From positions 11,050,608 through 11,114,607 of the forward strand of contig NC_068983.1 of the NCBI RefSeq assembly GCF_001194135.2: a stretch of 64,000 nt of DNA, written 5' to 3'. Below the pieces are notes generated by a model, which saw only the letters and a program-made list of their open reading frames with translations, was not told the origin of the DNA and ran no database searches. This document shows positions 54,619 to 64,000 of this stretch, one piece after another (within the stretch, counting starts at the first letter, position 1; every line of letters begins with the position of its first letter). This DNA is from Octopus bimaculoides (lineage: Eukaryota). The position numbers and the translations under genes were made by a program.

Positions 54619-55966
54619 GTAAGCCCTTGCTCCTCTCTGAACTTCAGTAATATTTGTAATGTACTTTATGTATGTATACATCTATAGATATATACGTGCA
54701 TGTATATATATAAGAGTGTAAGCATGGCTGTGTGGTTAAAAAGTTTGCTTCCCAACTACATGGTTTTGAGTTCAATCCCACTGCATGGAACCATGGGCAA
54801 GTGTCTTCTACCCGTTCCAGCCTGACCAAAACCTTGTGAGTGGATTTAATAGACAGAAACTAAAAGGATCATTTCATGTATGTGTGTGTGTGTGTGTATA
54901 CGTGCACATGTGCTTCTGTTTCAGTGTGTGTGTTTTAACATCTCACGTGTTTCTAGAAAAGTCACCAACATGTGGGTGATGTTCTCTGGTCAATCAATTA
55001 TCCACTCACTTGACACCTTCAAAGTTGCTTAGAATGAGATCCCTTACTCGAGAAACAAGTAAGAATTGATGATAGGAAAGGTATGGGGCTTTCAAACAGT
55101 GCCTCTATAACGTTCCTCTTACACATGTAAGCCTGGAAAAACATACATAACAGCAAATGAAATGGTTTAAAAATCTATGTAAATATATATATATATATAT
55201 ATATATCAATTGTCATAAGTCTGAAAAAAAAGCAATCTCTAAAAATTTTCGAGCACTTACACATTTATGTATTCAAGTAGTGTATTTTTGGTTATGACAA
55301 TAACTGGTTTTGTGTCTTCTGTTGCCCAGTACAATCATCATCATCATGTCCGCTTTCCATGTTAGCATGGGTTGGACGATTTAACTGGGGACTGATGGAC
55401 ATTCTTGATTATTTCAACATATAAACATCCAGTTGTTTGATCAACTTTATAAACTTACTCATTGAATTTGCATGCCAAGTGGTTGAGTATTCCACAGACA
55501 TATGTCCCATTAATGTAATTTTCAGCAACACAGTATAACAAGGCTGGCCCTTTGAATTATAGGTACACTCCATCTAACAAGCTTCCTTACAGTTTCTGTG
55601 TACTTGATTCTACTTACAAAGACCTGAGGCTATGGGTAAGACATGTGCCCCCCCCCCCATCCCAAGATGCCATGCAGTGAGATGGAACCCAGAACCTCAC
55701 ATTTGCAAAGTGAGCTTCTTAACCACTCAGACTTCCCTGTATACCATCTCCGAGTAATTAACCTCAATAGTTTATTTACTTCGTAATTCTCTCATCGTTA
55801 CTTAAGTATAATAAAGTCATTCCTTCACTGAAGAGGTTATAATGTAACTATATCCAGAATTGTCTTTTGTACATGTTGAAGTGATTAAAATAATATTAGC
55901 TAATGTTTGTATTTTTCTTATTACATAATTATTTCTAACTGGATTTTTAATACTCACTGCATTAAA

Positions 55967-56420
55967 CATCATCATCATCATCGTTTAACATCCGCTCTCC
56001 ATGCTAGCATGGGTTGGACGATTTAACTGAGGACTAGTGAAACCGAATGGCTACACCAGGCTCCAATCTGATTTGGCAGAGTTTCTACAGCTGGATGTCC
56101 TTCCTAACGCCAACCACTCCGAGAGTGTAGTGGGTGCTTTTACGTGCCACCGGCACAAGGGCCAGTCAGGTGGTTCTGGCAACAACCACGCTCAAAAGGT
56201 GTTTTTTATGTGCTACCTTGCACTGGAGCCAGTCTGGCGGCACTGGCAATGACCACACTCAAATGTTGTTTTTCATGTGCCACCAGCACATGTGCCAGTA
56301 GGGCAACTCTGGCAACAATCACACTCGAATGGTGCTTTTCACGTGCCACCAGTATGGAAGCCAATCCATGGCCCTGGCAATGGTCACGCTCGGATGTGCT
56401 TTTAACATTCCACTGGCACA
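55967..56420 (-). mobile_element. Family D RTE-type tail
   Basis: (CAT)n followed by the reverse complement of the family D consensus and its internal units. Confidence 0.85.
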
Positions 56421-56432
56421 TGTGTATATGTA

Positions 56433-56468
<36 letters not shown>

Positions 56469-56852
56469 TTCTGCCTACCAAATTCACTCACAAGTTATTG
56501 GGCGGTCTGGGGCTATTGTAGAAAATACTTGGCTAAAATGACGCAGTGGAACTGGACCTGAAAGCACGTGGTTGCAAAGTGAGCTTCTTAACTACACAGC
56601 CATGCTTGCTGTGATAGTTTTAGCATAATGTTTTTTGTTGGAGCATTTTTTTAATGGTTGGATACCCTTCTAACAACTCAACCATGAAGTTAGGAGTGGA
56701 ACCTGATGTATATTTATTACGCAAACTCTAACAACAAGATTTTTGTGTTTATGTGCCTCCCCCAGTGGCTCTGATAGTAAGATTTGAACTCCTGACCATA
56801 TTGTCTGCAGTTAGGCAAGTTGGCATCACAACCAATATGCTTATGTATTACT

Positions 56853-57271
56853 AAGTTAAAGAAGTGATTTTTAAATTCTCAAACGCAGGATAATGCTAAT
56901 AATATAGCCTGAACAGGATAAGCTACCCCTATTTTGCAGAAAAATGTGTTGGCGGTCAGCTATGAGACCCAAACTCACACCTCCGTGATTACGCGTCGCA
57001 GTGCTCTAGGCCGATTAAGCTAAACTGCCCTCACCACAAATTCTTCTGCAAATTTAAGATGTATAGAAATCTCGCTTTATGAGACGCTATCATACGTTAA
57101 ATTCAAATTACGATGAACGTAAACAAACAAAGTTTGCTTTTAGAAGCGTTGAGATGTCTGAGAAAGTTAAAGAAGTGATTTTAAATTCTCAAACGCAGGA
57201 TAATGCTAATAACATAGCCTGAACAGGATAAGCTACCCCTATTTTGCAGAAAAAAGTGTTGGCAGCCAGCT
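56853..57271. repeat. About 1.35 tandem copies of a 311-bp unit containing a tRNA-Thr(CGT)-like sequence (56954-57030, minus strand)
   Basis: 56853-56961 is repeated at 57164-57271. The unit is homologous to the reverse complement of 9755-10065. Confidence 0.75.
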
Positions 57272-57789
57272 TTCAACACTGTACAATAAGTAGTTTTGCT
57301 CTTAGTTCCTCATACATTCACAAACTCTCCACTGCCATTGGTGCTTTCTGATATCTTTATAATATTGTTGCATGACTTTGTTTCAGTGAACAGCAGTGAT
57401 AACGAACCTGTTGGAACCTGTAGTGAGCGGCTTGTCCTATTGACAACACAAGAAAACAGCCGTAAGTTTCAATTAGAATTTCACTCTTTTTCTTTTTTTT
57501 CCACGTTTTGGCTGAGGTATCAAAAGAATACTTTGCTTTTCTTTCAATATTCTTACTGCATTATTGTGTTATTCAGGCATTAAAGGCAGATGGTCCGACT
57601 GTTAACTGAAAGGAAATGAGTATGGTCTAGCTCACTGGACCTCAACCACTCTTTGCCTATGGACTCCTTTGATTCCTATTTTATTCTATTGGCTCCCCCC
57701 TCCCCCTAGCCATTTGATTTTCAAAAAGTCCCATCATATTTTTTTTATAATTAAATATTATTAGGAATTGTATAAAAAATTACTATATA

Positions 57790-58190
57790 GGCATAGGAGT
57801 GGCTGTGTGGTAAGTAGCTTGCTTACCAACCACATAGTTCTGGGTTCAGTCCCACTGCGTGGCACCTTGGGCAAGTGTCTTCTACTATAGCCTCGGGCCG
57901 ACCAAAGCCTTGTGAGTGGATTTGGTAGACGGAAACTGAAAGAAGCCCGTCGTATATATGTATATATATATATGTGTGTGTGTATATGTTTGTGTGTCTG
58001 TGTTGTCCCCCCCCCCCAACATCGCTTGACAACTGATGCTGGTGTGTTTATGTCCCCATAACTTAGCGGGGACAATAGAATAAATACTAGGCTTACAAAG
58101 AATAAGTCCTGGGATTGATTTGCTTGACTGAAGGCAGTGCTCCAGCATGGCCGCAGTCAAATTACTGAAGCAAGTAAAAGAGTAAAAGAG
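57790..58190 (+). mobile_element. Family A SINE
   Basis: Full-length match. Confidence 0.88.
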
Positions 58191-58889
58191 AGTAAAAACA
58201 AATGGAACTTTGATTATTAAGTCTGCTCAATCAGAGCTGACTTAGGGCTATAAATGCAAATGAGAAGTAAGACATGAAGTGTATTACGTATCCATTTTGA
58301 AGGTTTCTCACCATTTCCAAAATTAGATGTAACTTAAGTGATTCAAACATAAGATATGCATGTAGATCTTGTACAGCTAGTGTTAATTGACCACACAAAT
58401 TTGAACCTTTTATCTTAGTTTCCCAGAATAGTTATTTTGGCATTATTTTTAATTGTTTTCTTATTATTAATTACCTTTTTTTTTTAATTTAATCTTTCAT
58501 TTCCTTATGAAAATTCATTAGAATGTGCTGAAATTCTATCTTTTAGCAAGAGTGCATGGAGAAAAATTTCAAAATTGTTAATTGAAATAAAGTAACAATG
58601 TTGAATTACTTCTAGTTCTCTAAATTTTGCTGATTCGATATTTGTGAGAGTCAACAGACTTTCACATTGAATTTAAAATGAAACTGGCTTTCCTTTTTAT
58701 TTTTATCATTTCAAGTTTAAAAGTTGTAACACTTCTGGTATTTAAAAATTTATTCAAAATTCATTGACTTTATTTTTATGCTATTATTTCATTTAGGTAA
58801 AAAGTTGTTGCAATTCTTCATAGAAATCCAAAATTCCTCCTGGTCACCTTATTTCAACAGAGTACTGCCAGCTTATGTAGCACTTACTC

Positions 58890-59282
58890 TCTTTTACTCT
58901 TTTAATTGTTTCAGTCATTTGACTGTGGCCATGCTGGAGCACCGCCTTTAGTCGAGCAAATCGACCCCAGGACTTATTCTTTGGAAGCCTAGTACTTATT
59001 CTATTGCGCTCTTTTGCCGAACCGCTAAGTTACGAGGACGTAAACACACCAGCATCGGTTGTCAAGCGATGTTGGGGGGACAAACACAGACACACAAACA
59101 CACACATACATATATATACAACGGGCTTCTTTCAGTTTCCGTCTACCAAATCCATTCACAAGGCTTTGGTTGGCCTAAGGCCATAGTAGAACACACTTGC
59201 CCAAGATGCCACGCAGTGGGACTGAACCCAGAACCATGTGGTTGGTAAGCAAGCTACTTACCACACAGCCACTCCTACGCCT
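58890..59282 (-). mobile_element. Family A SINE
   Basis: Full-length reverse-complement match. Confidence 0.88.
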
Positions 59283-59716
59283 ACTTGTAAATTTATTTTT
59301 CAGTGACTGATTGTTCCTGCTCTACAATGTCTAATATGAGGTTATTGTTTTGTTTAGCTCTTCATTGGCCATGACCATCCTGTCATTTTAGAAGTATCTA
59401 CTTCTACATTATTCAGTGTACCCTTCTGTTTTGCACGAAGGGAAGGCATAGTTTGTAGATTTTGCTGCTATTTCTAGCAATTAAACAACAGCATAGATCA
59501 ATCATGGATAACCTACAGCCCACGGGATCTTCTGAATGGCATACCTAACAAAAAATTACCTTTAGATTTTTTTTTTTCTTTTTAGTAGTTTGGCTGGCCC
59601 ACTTAATGAAGAGCCATATCTCATGTGACCTGCTTCAAAAAGATTGCCCCCTTCTGATACAGGTTCTTCCTTTTTGGCTTAACCACATAAGATGTTTAGA
59701 TTGCATGTAAATAACA

Positions 59717-60290
59717 CATCATCATCATCATCATCATCGTCTTCGTCGTCGTCGTTTAACGTCCGCTCTCCATGCTAGCATGGGTTGGACGATTTGACTG
59801 AGGACTGGTGAAACCAGATGGCTACAGCAGGCTCCAATCTGATTTGGCAGAGTTTCTACGGCTGGATGCCCTTCCTAGTGCCAACCACTCAGAGAGTGTA
59901 GTGGGTGCTTTTACATGCCACCGGCACGAGGGCCAGTCAGGCGGTACTGGCAACGGCCACGCTCAAGATGGTGTATTTTATGTGCCACCTGCACAAGAGC
60001 CAGTCCAGGGGCACTGGCAACGATCTCGCTCGAAAATCCTACGAAGGCCAGTTAGGCGGTACTGGCAACAGCCACGCTCAAAATGGTGTATTTTATGTGT
60101 CACCCGCATAAGAGCCAGTCGAGGAGCACTGGTAACGATCTTGCTCGAAAGTCCTTAGACATGCCGCGGGCACAAGTGCCAGAAAGGCGATGCTGGGCAC
60201 AGGTGCCGTCACAAATTCGCTTTCACTTGCCCCAATAAGTCTTCACAAGCTGAGTTTAGTGTCCAATTTAACTCGATTTCGATTTCACTT
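59717..60290 (-). mobile_element. Family D RTE-type 3' UTR copy with internal tandem units
   Basis: (CAT)n/(CGT)n tail and reverse complement of the family D consensus. Confidence 0.85.
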
Positions 60291-60408
60291 GCCTCCTGTA
60301 CATAAAGTCAGGGAGTAATAAAACATACATTACTTTATTTTATTAAACAAAAACTCTGCTGCTAACTCTGTTTCCTAAACGTTTTTTTCTTTCCTCTTAC
60401 TTTCACAG

Positions 60409-60680
60409 CATCTGTCGATGACCACTTTGCAAGATCACTAGGGAATAGCACGTGGACGAATTTGAAGTCTAAGACTGATGTATTGATTGAATCGGTGGAC
60501 GACCATTTTGCAAAAGCACTCGGAGACACCTGGCATCGAATCAAAGCCGAGCAGGAGAACCACTGTAACTCATCACGGTCGTCTTCACCCTTGCAGCTGC
60601 AATCACAGCCGTCATCACAGCCGTCATCACAGACAGCAGCACAGCAGCAGCAGCAGCAGACGCCGCTTGTCTCAACATAG
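60409..60680 (+). CDS. VGLL4: VGLL4/Tgi ortholog, terminal coding exon with Tondu motifs 2 and 3
   Basis: Branch-like CTAAC/CTAAAC, long pyrimidine tract and CAG ending at 60408. Encodes (A)SVDDHFARSLGNSTW...ESVDDHFAKALGDTWHRIKAE...TPLVST*. Spliced CDS from 48184 is 831 nt (276 aa). Confidence 0.93.
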
Positions 60681-60801
60681 TCTCGAGTTGAGTTGCTGCC
60701 TGTACGTCCATCCGTCTGCTTGTGAACTGAAATGCATTGTTGACTATTATAAAGAACAATTTTATGTGTGAAATTGTGCGTGTGCATCTATATGTGTAGG
60801 C

Positions 60802-60844
<43 letters not shown>

Positions 60845-61422
60845 AATACATTTACCAACTACAGAAATGTAGCAATATTGTATATATATCTATGCAAGCG
60901 ATCTCTCTTTCTCTCATATATGTCTCCCTCTCCTTTCTTCTCAGTTTCTCTCTTTTGCTCTTGGAATACCTTCAATACTTGAATATATGAATGCAGTTAT
61001 GGAAGGAAACATTTTTGTGTTTTGTGAGTGGTTTACTTGAGTGAAAAACAAAAAAAAATGTCACTTCTGATTCCCTTTCTCTTTCATTCCCTCCAGTTCT
61101 CTTTCTCACTCTCTCTCTCTCTCTCTCTCTCTCCACACACAGACATACATACACACAAACACACAATTGTAGATGACATCTAAAGGAGCACATGTTCAAA
61201 TTGACATCTTTTGTCATTTGGCATCTTTGAGAGACACATGTGCAGAGTGGTATTTGTTTCTGATGTGTCGTCCAAGAGATGACTGGATGGGTGGATAAAC
61301 TGTACCTTGTGTTTTCAGTACAACACTAAAGTTTTTCATCTTCACACAAAACAAGTCTGCTTGAAGGGGTAGAGATAGGTCGTCTCTAGAAGATTTGAAC
61401 TCAAGCATTGCAAGCCATCCAT

Positions 61423-62030
61423 AAACAGACTCCTCCTGCCTCTGCTGTAAGATTTGTCCATTGACAGAGCTCAAACTGACTCCTCCTGCCTCTGTTGTAA
61501 GATTTGTCCATTGACAGAGTCAAACAGACTCCTCCTGCCTCTGTCATAAGATTTATCCATTGACAGAGTCAAACGGACTCCTCCTGCCTCTGTTGTAAGA
61601 TNNNNNNNNNNCTGTAAGATTTGTCCATTGACAGAGCTCAAACTGACTCCTCCTGCCTCTGTTGTAAGATTTGTCCATTGACAGAGTCAAACGGACTCCT
61701 CCTGCCTCTGTCATAAGATTTATCCATTGACAGAGTCAAACGGACTCCTCCTACCTCTGTTGTAAGATTTGTCCATTGACAGTCAAACGGACTCCTCCTG
61801 CCTCTGTTGTAAGATTTATCCATTGACAGAGCTCAAACTGACTCCTCCTGCCTCTGTTGTAAGATTTGTCCATTGACAGAGTCAAACGGACTCCTCCTGC
61901 CTCTGTTGTAAGATTTATCCATTGACAGAGTCAAACGGACTCCTCCTGCCTCTGTCATAAGATTTATCCATTGACAGAGTCAAACGGACTCCTCCTGCCT
62001 CTGTTGTAAGATTTATCCATTGACAGAGCT
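61423..62030. repeat. Minisatellite, 49-50-bp unit, about 13 copies (one small N gap)
   Basis: Unit AAACGGACTCCTCCTGCCTCTGTTGTAAGATTT(A/G)TCCATTGACAGAG(C)TC. Confidence 0.95.
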
Positions 62031-62738
62031 CGAACCAAGAGCACTTCTGTGAATAGACCAACACCCATCGATTTATCTCAAAGATGTTTCTCATTGAAGA
62101 ATTATTAATTGCCCCTCCCTATTAAAATGGTGGTTTTAATTGACATTTTAAGTATGCTGCATAATTAAATCATTAACAAACCCTCTACCTACATACATTA
62201 CAAATATCTTTAAAAATAATTTTTAGATAGCTGGTCAGTTTGATATTTATAATTTCCCTGCTCCTTCTATTTCCTTTCATTCTCAATATCTTTTAAGCTT
62301 CTATTTTTTTTCCATTTTTCTTCTCCCTCCCCTTGTTTCTTTCTCTCTATCCATTTTATTCTCCTCGTCTTCTTGATTGTCTCCAGCTCTTCTCCATCAA
62401 CTAAATCTCTTTCTTGTGTTTTTTGCCAAACTTCTTTTTCTTTTCTTTTTCCCTGTATTTTCTACACGCTCCATTGGACTCCATCTCTGTCTGTCAAGTC
62501 CTTTTGTATATTTTCAAAAATGTTTGTCACCATGTATATGTGATTGTCTGTATGTATGCATGTGAGAGGAAGGCTCTGTGAAAACAACACTGCTCTCTCC
62601 TATCCACAAATTGAAACTATGCAACTTTCTTCTGTCTCTCGAATTAGTAATTCACTAAACAAGCTCCTTGTAAATTGGCATTAAAGGTCTGTGAATTTGT
62701 TTGCATGTATGTGTACATGTGGTGTGTAGCTGCCTATG

Positions 62739-62744
62739 AATAAA
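62739..62744 (+). promoter_or_regulatory. Candidate VGLL4 polyadenylation signal
   Basis: AATAAA followed by U-rich sequence; other AATAAA hexamers occur nearby. Position only, no transcript evidence. Confidence 0.2.
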
Positions 62745-63344
62745 ATATAATCACATACCTAAGCGCCCCCACAGAATCCTGTGGAGTGAATCTCTTGATG
62801 TTTGAAACTAAAGGGAAGAGGAAAATAAAAATATTGAAAAAAAAAAACAATAATATAAGAATTTCAAAGAATAAAACAAAAACTATTGTCTTTTTGTTCA
62901 TTTGTTTTTGAGTTTTTTACTTTTTAGTTTTCAAATTTCATTCTATTTTAATATTTTGCTTTCTTTAATTCTATGCTTTCATGCTTTGTAGTTTCATTCC
63001 ATGTATTAATTAATAAGCCTTTTACAAAGAAATTAATTTAAATTATTCTTAAAAGCATCGATCACTGAGACAGATTGCTGGCGCAGTCACTAAGGATTAC
63101 GGAATCACTGGTTAGTATTCTGTAAGGTGCTTGGTATTAGGAAGGGCAGCTAGCCATAAAAGCCATGCCAAAACAGACAGCGAAGTCTTCTGGTTTGCCA
63201 GCTCCTATCAAACCAGCCAACCCATGCAAAGAATCCTTTGGTTGACAGCTTCCTATTTTAAATTAGGATGGGATGGTGTTACTATTTCACTTAGAAGATT
63301 TATAATCATTGGAAAATTTAGTTTATTATTATTATTATTATCAC

Positions 63345-63535
63345 TCAGGTGGCAAATTGGCAGAATCATTAGCAAGTCAGACAAAATACTTAGTGGCAGA
63401 GCTTAAATCCTGCCAAGATCAACTTTGCCTTTCATTCTTTCAGAGTCGATAAAATAAAATACCAGTCAAGTACAGGGGTTGATGTAATGGACCTCCATCT
63501 TCTCAAAATTGCTACAATTTGAAACAATTATTATT
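63345..63535 (+). mobile_element. Family C SINE (diverged)
   Basis: GGTGGCAAATTGGCAGAATCATTAGC...ACTTTGCCTTTCATTCTTT...AAATACCAG. Confidence 0.7.
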
Positions 63536-64000
63536 ATTATTATCACCACTATACTTGGTCATCCAGGTCAGATCTAGATAAAGCATTTGTTAGGTTAATG
63601 GTGCATCCAGAGATCTACAGTAAGCTATGATTGGACATATACAGGGGGCCCAGTTATTGCTGAATGTTCTTTCAGTGTAGAAATCTACAACAAATTAACA
63701 AATAGTTAAAAATGACAGTTGTCAGAGTAATATTGATAAGATCTAGCAAAGAAGCTATGAAAGAAAAGGACAAGCTAGAAAGGGTGTTCCGACTGACATA
63801 GCAGCAAAAATTGACTCTTGACTATTTCTCTGGTGCAAAAGAAAGGTTGCTCTTAGACAAGAAGGTGCAGAAGTCATTTAGATGGCAGATACATAACATG
63901 GAAACAAAGTTTTGATTGAGTATTTGACAGATCACAGCAAGTGTATGCTATTCAATTCTAGGCAGTGTGTGTGGTTTTTCCAGCAGTATTTTATCCTACT

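Noticed and set aside
55828-55850. CTGAAGA plus short stem (GGTTA/TAACT) as a hammerhead
   Set aside because: No GAAA(C) or cleavage triplet follows.
61423-62030. CRISPR-like repeat array
   Set aside because: Units are contiguous with no unique spacers, there are no cas genes and the context is eukaryotic. It is a minisatellite.

Overview
Repeat-dense, AT-rich metazoan genomic DNA with many microsatellites and N gaps. The SINE families and gene structure point to an octopod cephalopod (inference from recognition, no search run). The only host gene supported is a vestigial-like 4 / Tgi ortholog on the + strand, with coding exons at 48141/48184-48625, 54502-54618 and 60409-60680 and three Tondu motifs. 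The rest is mostly transposon-derived: an RTE-clade RT fragment, RTE 3' tails, several tRNA-headed SINE families, two mariner relics, piggyBac-like and Merlin-like MITEs, and a 49-bp minisatellite. The most unusual signals are: (1) two unrelated head-to-head palindromic elements carrying Penelope-type minimal hammerhead ribozyme motifs (14396-14731; and 50777-51327, which has tRNA-like heads and a 12-bp TSD); (2) a ~311-bp unit containing a tRNA-Thr-like sequence, found once as a partial tandem and once as a fold-back insertion with a 14-bp TSD; (3) the VGLL4 TDU1 exon, which lacks the VxxHF valine, starts with a recursive-splice-type AG|GTATGT junction and is flanked by inverted RTE tails. 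Repeat boundaries were read by eye and are approximate.
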